DNA of 64,000 nucleotides. It comes from a virus. Below the pieces are notes generated by a model. The model did no database searches. It saw only the letters and a list, made by a program, of their open reading frames with translations, and was not told where the DNA came from. The stretch is taken from positions 32,001 through 96,000 of the IMG/VR virus record IMGVR_UViG_3300045974_000283. One strand, given 5' to 3'. The first letter of the stretch is position 1. Every line of letters starts with the position of its first letter. Made by a program: the position numbers and the translations under genes. Of the stretch, positions 38,017 to 45,727 are shown piece by piece.

Positions 38017-38615
38017 CAGACATGCGCTCCGTTGATGCCACGAGTCCCGATAAGAACACTGGACACGGGGTCGTGTGTGAAACTCACGACATCACGGTAT
38101 CCGGCAGTCGTAGACCAGACGGGTTCAGTGCCTCCGTCCCATCCAACGTAGGTGGGCCAAGTGTGCGTGAAGTTGCCACCTGAGATCATGTGCAGATGGT
38201 AGAGCCCACCGTCCATGAGGTTCGTGAAGTCCGTGAAGTCCACGTTCCCCGTGACGACGCACCGCATCACGTTGGATATGCCGAAGTCCAAAGTCCCGGA
38301 ACCGGACACGTTGCCGAAGTCGTGCATTGCTGTGGACTGCGCGTGAGTGAACGGCGAGGAGTTGGACAGCGTGATTCCGCCACCGCTCGTGAGGCCGTTG
38401 ACTTGCTTCTGGAGTTTGGCAAGCGCCTGAAGGATGGAGTCTGTGCTCGCAACGCTGCCCGAGGCCCCGCTGATGTCCAGCCCGTTCAGCACCGAAGCAA
38501 GGACACCAGGCTCGCTGAAGATGGTGATACCAAGAAGATTGATGACGGCGAGCTTTTGAGCTGTCGACATCGGGGTCCCTGCGCCTGAGCGCATTCCAAG
38601 TTCGAGAAGAGACAT
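38016..38615 (-). CDS. Appendage-cassette protein
   Basis: TGATG coupling to next gene; C-terminal FTHTWPTYVGWDGGTEPVWSTTAGYRDVVSF small fibre-associated domain. Confidence 0.65.
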   Translation of the reverse strand: MSLLELGMRSGAGTPMSTAQKLAVINLLGITIFSEPGVLASVLNGLDISGASGSVASTDSILQALAKLQKQVNGLTSGGGITLSNSSPFTHAQSTAMHDFGNVSGSGTLDFGISNVMRCVVTGNVDFTDFTNLMDGGLYHLHMISGGNFTHTWPTYVGWDGGTEPVWSTTAGYRDVVSFTHDPVSSVLIGTRGINGAHV

Positions 38616-38623
38616 CGTAGTCC

Positions 38624-38866
38624 TTAGCCGGGAGATCCGACGGTTTTGCGTGGCAGGATTAGGTCGCTAGTCGCCGGAGCGGCCTTGAAATTCCGAATCG
38701 TTGGAATCGGAATCTTCAGGCCGGTCGCCAGAGGGTTCACCGACCCCGATCCAAGACTGAACGCTCTAGCGGGATTCGTGATCGTGGGCGTTGGGACAAC
38801 AGAAGACGTTGACCGTGGCCTGACGCTACCGGAGCCCAGATTGAAAGCCGAAACGAAGACGGTCAT
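38624..38866 (-). CDS. Small protein with internal repeat
   Basis: SAFNLGSGSV...PTPTITN / RAFSLGSGSV...PIPTIRN duplicated motif. Confidence 0.55.
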   Translation of the reverse strand: MTVFVSAFNLGSGSVRPRSTSSVVPTPTITNPARAFSLGSGSVNPLATGLKIPIPTIRNFKAAPATSDLILPRKTVGSPG

Positions 38867-38869
38867 GGG

Positions 38870-39784
38870 TTACTCCCAGAGCATAGCCATCCCGTAGCGG
38901 GAAAGACCGTTCACCTCGGCGGCGCCGACCCATCCCAATGAGAGATAGGTTCGTGGCACGGAACCGACCAGAGGCAAGGACAGAGTTGAGCCCCGACCGA
39001 TCTCAGAGAGCAGGATGGTACACATGCCGAACACGGGGCTGACGCCAGGAGTCGTCATCCAGTGCATGTATGCCTGACGGTTGCCGTCTTCGTTCGTGGA
39101 GTCGGTGACTGCTCCTGGTACAACGCAGAAGCAAGCTGTCGTTGACAGCGTTGCCATCGTGCTCGGGTAGACTGCCGGGGCATTGGAGAACTTCAAACAT
39201 TGCCATTTGATGGAAGATCCAGAGGGTCCTGCGTATCCGGCGTAGAAGGCAGCCCCGATAGCCGTGGGAGCTCCAGTGGAGTCGCAGGTTCGACAGATTG
39301 CGAAGAACTTTCTTGTGTAGTTGGCGTCGGTGTTGTTCGGCCATGCTTTCCAGAGGAGTCCAAAGAAGCCTTCGTTGACGCAGAGATAGCTTGGATACGA
39401 ATCGCCGTTGACGGAAGGCTGACCACCGGCAGTCACGTTCCGGGTGGCAACCGTAGACGCCACTCCAGTGATCGTGCTTCCAGAGTACCCTGTTCCGACG
39501 GTGAGCCGTAGCTCAGGAGAACCTACGTCGTCACCGAGGCCGTACTCGAACTTGATGAAGATTGGAGCTGTCGCTTGCAAAGAATCGTTGAACCTCCAAA
39601 TCTGGAAGCCCGCGAAAGTATTGTAAGCGGCAGGATAAGAGACCGTCGTGAAGTCGATCTCGCCAAAAACGGTCTCCTTCACCAGACCCGCTTCCGCGAG
39701 ATAGGTAGCAAGGTCCGAGAAGACCGTGCGGAAATTGCTGTTGTTGCTGACGAACGCGGAAGACGTCCAGGTTCTGGTTGTCAT
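38870..39784 (-). CDS. Hypothetical virion protein
   Basis: Beta-rich 304 aa, ATGA coupling to upstream gene. Confidence 0.6.
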   Translation of the reverse strand: MTTRTWTSSAFVSNNSNFRTVFSDLATYLAEAGLVKETVFGEIDFTTVSYPAAYNTFAGFQIWRFNDSLQATAPIFIKFEYGLGDDVGSPELRLTVGTGYSGSTITGVASTVATRNVTAGGQPSVNGDSYPSYLCVNEGFFGLLWKAWPNNTDANYTRKFFAICRTCDSTGAPTAIGAAFYAGYAGPSGSSIKWQCLKFSNAPAVYPSTMATLSTTACFCVVPGAVTDSTNEDGNRQAYMHWMTTPGVSPVFGMCTILLSEIGRGSTLSLPLVGSVPRTYLSLGWVGAAEVNGLSRYGMAMLWE

Positions 39785-40251
39785 GATTCAATCTCCAGTA
39801 AGAGAACTATTTGACGAAAATCGCTGCAAGAGACAATCTCGCCGATGAAAATATCCGAGTCTGCAAAGGACTTGGTCCAGCCTGACAGAACCAAGTCTTG
39901 GCTCTTGTAGTCGGAGACTATCGTGGGCGGAGTGGAACCGCAGATGCTGACTGGACTGGCGGAGCCGTAATCATTGTGAGAAACCTTCTTCACGTTGATT
40001 ACGCAACTTCCTGTTCCCTCCATTCCGTAGACCGCCGCACGAACGAGAGTTCCTGCCTTGGCGACAGGTCGTATCACGCGGTCAGCACCGACAGGGTCCA
40101 CGGCGAGTCCCTGATTGGACCAGGCCATGAGAATTGAATGGTATTTTGGACCAGCGGGTTCGGCCCCGAGGAGGGCCAGAACTGCCAGCCTCTGCGCTGT
40201 AGACAGCGGGATGCCCGCACCGGAGCGCATCCCTAGATTCAGCACTGACAT
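39781..40251 (-). CDS. Appendage-cassette protein, paralogous N-terminus with 38016-38615
   Basis: MSVLNLGMRSGAGIPLSTAQRLAVLALLG versus MSLLELGMRSGAGTPMSTAQKLAVINLLG. Confidence 0.65.
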   Translation of the reverse strand: MSVLNLGMRSGAGIPLSTAQRLAVLALLGAEPAGPKYHSILMAWSNQGLAVDPVGADRVIRPVAKAGTLVRAAVYGMEGTGSCVINVKKVSHNDYGSASPVSICGSTPPTIVSDYKSQDLVLSGWTKSFADSDIFIGEIVSCSDFRQIVLLLEIES

Positions 40252-40260
40252 GTGAGGTCC

Positions 40261-42348
40261 TTAGGAAATCCAGTTGAGATTGAGAGCAGCGGCTCCGACG
40301 TGAAGCAAGTGCATCCAGATCCATTGGTTCTGCGTACCAAAGTCAGACGTCGCGCTATGAACACGGATGACATCGGTGGCCCCGTTCGGCCTGCGCCGCG
40401 TCCAGGTCACAATGTTTCCCTTCTTCGTGGCGCGCACGAGGTCGCCCTTAGCGGCCACCACAGAGGTCGCCGTGAAGGTTCCGTTCCGCGCGATATAGTA
40501 GTAGAGGCCTGAAGAGGCCACGATTCCGTCCTGGACATAAGCCGGGTTGGAGTTCCAGTTCGGAGACTCACCGCCCTCGACAGGATAGAGTCCGCAGTAG
40601 ACCAGAGTCGAACCGTCTATCTCACTGCCCACCGTGAACTCGAACAGGGCGTCAACTCCCTGAGAGAACGCGAGGCTGAGCTTACCGCCACAGAAAGAAA
40701 CATCCGTGGCAACGTAGCTGAAGCCGTCGTAGTCGTTCCCCGTCTCGGTGACGTTCTGGGGAATAGTGGGGAAGTTGCCACGCGATAGGTAAGGGCGAAT
40801 TTCCCCAGCCTTCTTGGTTTTGCCCAAGGGATAGTCGCCGATGTTCTTGTGGTAGAGTGCGCGAATCTGGTCAGGCGTCAGCACCACGTTGAAGATGTCC
40901 ATCGGGCCGACGTCTATCTGAGAGACGACTTCATTCGTGAAGTCGCCCGCGAGGCCAAGGATGGCGTTCGCATTCAGGGACACGTTGATGGCGCTGGAGT
41001 TGATGGCGCTGACCTGGAGCTTGTTGTCCACATACAGGGTCACGCGGCCGGAAGCCTTCTCGCGGGTTGCGACACCGAAGTGCCACCGACCGTCGTTGTA
41101 GGAGTTCGTCGTGCGAAGGGTCTCAGTGTTGGCACCGAAAGCGAACTTCCCGTTGTCGCATAGGGCGACACCGAAGTCAGGGGCGGCTCCGGCAGAGTCG
41201 CCTCCGTACAGCGGGAACCCGGCGTAGAACTCGGCGCCACCTCCCGTCTGGAGACTGCGGAACCAGATGCACAGGCTCATGTCGTCCTGCACAGGGCGCT
41301 GGATGGAGAAGCATCCTGAGCTGATGCCCATGCTGAAGTAAGGGCCGAGGTCCGTCGGAATCTTGAAGTAGGGAGTGCTGTTCGGGATGGCGTCGTAGGT
41401 CGAGCCGCCGGAACCTTCGTTGATCAGGTTGCTACTGACAATGGTATTCGTGTTCGAGAAGTGCCAAGGGTTGAAAGACACGATGCGCGAGGACACTGGG
41501 ATTGCGGTCTCGCTGATGCGCCCGGTTGGCGGCGAGAAGTTGGTCGTGCCGTAGGGACTGCCGAGTGAGTAGCGAAACTCATCCCATCCGGTGCCGGGGT
41601 CGCCGCTGCCGTTGCCGTTGAGGAACCAAGCGTCCTTCGTCACGGCGATTGTGTGCGTGTAGCTCGGGTCGTCACGGGTCGTCAGGTTGGTCGTGTTCAC
41701 CGGGTAGACGGTGCCGTTCACAGACAGGTAGAGCTTACCCGCCAGCATGTACAGAGCGAAGTGAACCAGTTGATTGACGGGAACGATGTTGCCCGAGTTC
41801 CACAGGCCATAGGAGTCACCGCCGTCCGGATAGTAGACGTCGATGCTGTTCCCGTTTTGCTTCAGTCCGTACTCGCCACGACTGTGCGTTCCACCACCGA
41901 AGGTGGGGATGCCGTTGGTCATCACCGAAAGTAGAACGCGATCGGTGTAGACCGAGTGAGCGAACTTGGTGATCTCCAGGCACCACTCTGCGCCCATAGC
42001 GGCGACTTCGAAGTAAGGGAACTTCGATCCGTCATTGTCTGCATAGAACTGCTGATTGGCACCGCCACCCAGAGCGTTCACTGTCGTGTACTGAGGCCCC
42101 GTGTTGGAGCCGATGGCGTTGTAGAGCAGGACGGTCGGTCCGCCCTCCACAGAGTTGTCGCAATTCCCGTCGAAGTGAAGAACGACTTGAGCCTGATACG
42201 TGTCAAGCTCGGCGATGAGGAAGTCGTTGTCCACGAACAGGTAGCCCTCGGCGTTGCCGCCGTCCCCGTCGTAGGAAAGGCGCAGCGATCCAGCCGGAGG
42301 CACCGCCACCGGGGTCACCGCCAGAAGTTGTTGGAGGAAGCTGCTCAT
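40261..42348 (-). CDS. Multi-LamG/concanavalin-like virion protein
   Basis: Likely start MSSFLQQLL at 42348 (ATGA overlap); VVLHFDGN...WDEFRY...FSPPTG and DDMSLCIWFRS...DGRWHFGVATR...LYVDN LamG motifs. Confidence 0.75.
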   Translation of the reverse strand: MSSFLQQLLAVTPVAVPPAGSLRLSYDGDGGNAEGYLFVDNDFLIAELDTYQAQVVLHFDGNCDNSVEGGPTVLLYNAIGSNTGPQYTTVNALGGGANQQFYADNDGSKFPYFEVAAMGAEWCLEITKFAHSVYTDRVLLSVMTNGIPTFGGGTHSRGEYGLKQNGNSIDVYYPDGGDSYGLWNSGNIVPVNQLVHFALYMLAGKLYLSVNGTVYPVNTTNLTTRDDPSYTHTIAVTKDAWFLNGNGSGDPGTGWDEFRYSLGSPYGTTNFSPPTGRISETAIPVSSRIVSFNPWHFSNTNTIVSSNLINEGSGGSTYDAIPNSTPYFKIPTDLGPYFSMGISSGCFSIQRPVQDDMSLCIWFRSLQTGGGAEFYAGFPLYGGDSAGAAPDFGVALCDNGKFAFGANTETLRTTNSYNDGRWHFGVATREKASGRVTLYVDNKLQVSAINSSAINVSLNANAILGLAGDFTNEVVSQIDVGPMDIFNVVLTPDQIRALYHKNIGDYPLGKTKKAGEIRPYLSRGNFPTIPQNVTETGNDYDGFSYVATDVSFCGGKLSLAFSQGVDALFEFTVGSEIDGSTLVYCGLYPVEGGESPNWNSNPAYVQDGIVASSGLYYYIARNGTFTATSVVAAKGDLVRATKKGNIVTWTRRRPNGATDVIRVHSATSDFGTQNQWIWMHLLHVGAAALNLNWIS

Positions 42349-43211
42349 GGCGATACGAATTGATTCGCGACGTTCTTGGACTGGATGCTGAACGCGGGTG
42401 CCCAAGCCTGCTCACGGACGATGGTCGCAGTGTCGTCGTTGATCGTGGTCCCTCCTGCACACACGACGGATGTGGTGCCCTTCGGTTGGATGATTACGTT
42501 GAAGCCGATGGTCGTGGTGAGCGCCGCCGAGTTCAGCGTCAGGACGATGCCGTCAGTCGTGCAGCAGAGAGTCTTGCCGTTGTCGCTGTCCGCCAGAGTG
42601 CGTGAGGCGGTGACATCCAGGAGCACCACTGCGCCAGTCGGTAGGTTGTCGATCTGCGCTTGCAGTTGAAAGAAAGCCGCGCCTATGGCATCAAACTGAC
42701 CGATCCGGTCCGAGACCGTGGGATCCGGAGGAGCAGGAAGCGGAGTGTTCAGAACGCGGAGTTCGTCGAACCACAGATTCGCGGTCGGGTTGTCAGGGTT
42801 CTCAGGCAGCTCATCGGTGAAGCGCGGGCCGTTGTGACCCCACCGGAAGCCGTCGCGGTACTTGCTATCGCGGATCATCACCTCGCCATCTTGGGCGATG
42901 ACCGCGTGAGGAACGTCCAGCCCGGCCAGAAGTTGCCATTCCCAAGTCCCGTCTTCCAGGCGCATGATGCGAGCCGTCTGGTGACAGTGGATGGCCTGCC
43001 GTTCGAGGTCGATGGAATTGAGCGTGGCCCCCATCGCCGCTTGGATGTTCAGCAGGCCGTTCTGGCAGAGTGAGAGAACTTCGACGACGTATCCGGAGGG
43101 CCAAGTGACGCCCAGGTCACCTACGAACACCGTGTTGTTGTCGGGTTCTGTTGACTGAAGGCGAAGGCGTTTGCCGTTGTCGGCCAGTGTGAGCATTCGG
43201 GAAGCAGACAT
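42345..43211 (-). CDS. Fibre-associated protein with duplicated domain
   Basis: ASRMLTLADNGK at the N-terminus and ASRTLADSDNGK in the C-terminal domain. Confidence 0.65.
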   Translation of the reverse strand: MSASRMLTLADNGKRLRLQSTEPDNNTVFVGDLGVTWPSGYVVEVLSLCQNGLLNIQAAMGATLNSIDLERQAIHCHQTARIMRLEDGTWEWQLLAGLDVPHAVIAQDGEVMIRDSKYRDGFRWGHNGPRFTDELPENPDNPTANLWFDELRVLNTPLPAPPDPTVSDRIGQFDAIGAAFFQLQAQIDNLPTGAVVLLDVTASRTLADSDNGKTLCCTTDGIVLTLNSAALTTTIGFNVIIQPKGTTSVVCAGGTTINDDTATIVREQAWAPAFSIQSKNVANQFVSP

Positions 43212-43225
43212 TTGTTGTTCCTTGA

Positions 43226-44158
43226 TTAGTCGATGCCGTCAACGCGGGCATAGACGATACGTTCACCGTTCGTGGTATAGATGCCAACATGAGACACGTT
43301 TCGCATTCCTGGATGCGGGACACCTCGCTCAGAGTCGGCGACGAAGGTGTAGTTCAGTGTGACGTTGTTCGCCTGGAACGTGAGGTTGTTAGGCGCGCAC
43401 CAGACACCCATCGGCACAGGATTGGTCGTGTCGTTGAGGTCACGCGTGAAGGGGTCACTGCGAGCGATCACGAGCTCAGAGCCTTGGAGCAAGAAAGACA
43501 GGACCAGACGCGTCTGGGCTTCTCCAATCGGTTCGGAGTAGAAAACCCACCCGTTGCCCTGAAGGTCAAGGACCTGCATAGTCGCTCGAAGGTTCTGAGC
43601 GACGGTCGGTTCGATCGAAGACGGGATAACCCGCATCTGCATCGACATGAAGTTGTAGCCGGGGAGCTCCGGTCCGTTGAACCAGACGTTCGTGGTGGCC
43701 GCATCAAAGACCGCTTGGTCGCTTCCGGAACCTGCAAAAGAAAGAGGGTTGCCAAGCGAGAAGTCAAAGCTGCTCGTGTTCACAACCGTCGGGCTGTCAG
43801 CGAAGTGCCAAGCGTCATCGACGTTGATCGGGTCGAGGTAGCCGAAGTTGAACTGCGACTTCGGAACGAAGAGCCCAAGAGCTTCAGTGACATCGACGAG
43901 AGCGCTTCCGCCACCGCTGCTCGGCGTGGTGACGACATCCCAAGTTGAACCCGTCCAGCGGTACTCGGTGGACTCCGCCACGACGTAGACCACCATGCCC
44001 GTGTCCAGGCGCTGTGCGGTGATGGCATCTCGTGCAGTCAGATCGGCAACCGATCTGTATCCACCCTTCCCGTACTTGGCGTCATGAGTTTGATAGGCAT
44101 CATTCGTGTCGAACGGGACGATGCCCGCTGCGACATTGGTTCCAGCGATGGCTGTCAT
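43226..44158 (-). CDS. Fibre-like virion protein
   Basis: GGYRSVADLTARDAITAQRLDTGMVVYV...EYRW motif commonly seen at phage fibre N-termini. Confidence 0.65.
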   Translation of the reverse strand: MTAIAGTNVAAGIVPFDTNDAYQTHDAKYGKGGYRSVADLTARDAITAQRLDTGMVVYVVAESTEYRWTGSTWDVVTTPSSGGGSALVDVTEALGLFVPKSQFNFGYLDPINVDDAWHFADSPTVVNTSSFDFSLGNPLSFAGSGSDQAVFDAATTNVWFNGPELPGYNFMSMQMRVIPSSIEPTVAQNLRATMQVLDLQGNGWVFYSEPIGEAQTRLVLSFLLQGSELVIARSDPFTRDLNDTTNPVPMGVWCAPNNLTFQANNVTLNYTFVADSERGVPHPGMRNVSHVGIYTTNGERIVYARVDGID

Positions 44159-45609
44159 GCGAATACAACCGCGATGGCGGCTCCGTTCTGAAGGTTGTTA
44201 AAGCGGATCACGTAGTAAGCCTCGGTGAACCCGGAAGCGTTCGTGAACGACAGGTCGGTCTTGGTCCAGTCACTGAAAGAGAGGCCGTTGACGGTGACAT
44301 TGGGAAGGCCGAAGCTCGCCGGGTAGGCGTAGAAAACGTACCGACCGCCCGTGGCGTCGAATGTGACTGACTTGCCGCGCGAGCTTGCGAACTCGTTGGA
44401 CAACCCAAGGACGCCAGCGTTGTCGAGCGACGTACTGGCCGAGACACCCCAATAGCGCTTCTGACGGACGTTCAAGGGGGCGCTTGCGCTTGCAGTGACA
44501 GGCGAGCCGGAAGGCGGCGTGTCCACGACCGAGAGGCCCCACGAGATGCTCGTGGTGAAAGTTCCAGTGACCGTCTTGGTCAGGGTGCCCACCGTGATAT
44601 CACCGACGCCTTGGTCGATGGTCTGGCTCTCAGGGGTGTTGCCAGACAGCGTCCAGGTCAGCACCGGGTCTGTGAGCGAGGCCCCCTTCTCAATGGTGAT
44701 GGACGATGACCCGTTGATCAGGTAAGACGAGATGCCGGGTGCGACGTAGTTCAGGATCGAGTAGATGTTGGCGATCTGCTCCAGGAGATATGGGTGCGAG
44801 GCGTGGTCAGCGTTGTGAATCTCGATCGCGACGGCCGGGTCGAACTGAGGCCCGCCAAGAAGCGAGTCCAGAGGAGCCCACCGGAGCCCGGCGTCCACGT
44901 TGGAGTCGGAGACCAGGACGTAGCCCTCCGATCCAGCGGCGAATGGGTAGGGAGCGCCGTTCGCGTAGCCGACGAGGAAGACGCCCTTGCCGCCGCTGTA
45001 CATGGAGCGGCTGATCTTGGCTGAGAGCGCCGCTGCCTGAGGGTTGGACACAGGCTTGTCTTCGTCTCGCGTGTTGTCCACGTTATCAAGGCCGAAGAAG
45101 GACAGATTGGGAGTCGAGAAAGCCAGACCGCCTTCAACGTTCGGGTCTGAGATCAGAAACTGACCCTCGGTGCCCGGATTGATGACGATCGGGGTGCCAG
45201 CGGCGGACGCGCCCAGGAGCTGGCCCTTGGCAGTGAAGGTGCCCTTGCTGATCTTCTGCGCGTTGACGGCGGCCTGCGCCGTCGAGATAGGTTTGTCCGC
45301 GTCGGCAGTGTTGTTGACCTTGTCGAGACCCACGAAGGCGGGGTCAGCGGCCTGAGCGATGACAATCGAGGCGTAGTCGGTCAGGTAGGCTTTGACGAGG
45401 TACGGGTATCCGTCGGAAGCCCAGACGTCGATGAATCCGTTCGCGCCTGCAACGGTGCGCCCGATGCTACTGACGAGGGAACCGTTCTGCGCGTTGTAGA
45501 TGGCGACCGGAGCTCCGGTCAAGTGATTCACGACTTCCAGCGAAGTCCCCGGTGCGACAGGCTGATTGGCAGCGACAAGGACTTGCCGAAGCAAGCGAAC
45601 ATTACTCAT
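44155..45609 (-). CDS. Fibre-like virion protein with tandem repeat and Ig-like C-terminus
   Basis: Two GLDxVxNTxDxDKPxSxxQAA repeats; first gene of the cassette, GGAG RBS. Confidence 0.75.
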   Translation of the reverse strand: MSNVRLLRQVLVAANQPVAPGTSLEVVNHLTGAPVAIYNAQNGSLVSSIGRTVAGANGFIDVWASDGYPYLVKAYLTDYASIVIAQAADPAFVGLDKVNNTADADKPISTAQAAVNAQKISKGTFTAKGQLLGASAAGTPIVINPGTEGQFLISDPNVEGGLAFSTPNLSFFGLDNVDNTRDEDKPVSNPQAAALSAKISRSMYSGGKGVFLVGYANGAPYPFAAGSEGYVLVSDSNVDAGLRWAPLDSLLGGPQFDPAVAIEIHNADHASHPYLLEQIANIYSILNYVAPGISSYLINGSSSITIEKGASLTDPVLTWTLSGNTPESQTIDQGVGDITVGTLTKTVTGTFTTSISWGLSVVDTPPSGSPVTASASAPLNVRQKRYWGVSASTSLDNAGVLGLSNEFASSRGKSVTFDATGGRYVFYAYPASFGLPNVTVNGLSFSDWTKTDLSFTNASGFTEAYYVIRFNNLQNGAAIAVVFA

Positions 45610-45643
45610 GGGTTATCTCCATTGGGAATTCGTTCGTCCAACG

Positions 45644-45683
45644 AAAAAGCCCCGTGTAAGTTTTTGAGTCCTACACGGGGCTT
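45644..45683 (-). terminator. Rho-independent terminator after portal
   Basis: 12-bp stem AAGCCCCGTGTA/TACACGGGGCTT followed by a T-run on the minus strand. Confidence 0.75.
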
Positions 45684-45708
45684 GATTTCTTGAAATGGAA
45701 GGACTACA

Positions 45709-45716
45709 TAAAAGTG
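45709..45716 (-). promoter_or_regulatory. CAHTTTTA motif upstream of appendage cassette
   Basis: GGACACTTTTATGTAGTCC, intergenic after portal stop. Confidence 0.4.
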
Positions 45717-45727
45717 TCCACAGACGC

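Noticed and set aside
823-45609. Diversity-generating retroelement or invertible fibre cassette
   Set aside because: No reverse transcriptase, no near-identical TR/VR pair differing at adenines, no invertase or flanking inverted sites seen; repeats are old protein-level duplications.
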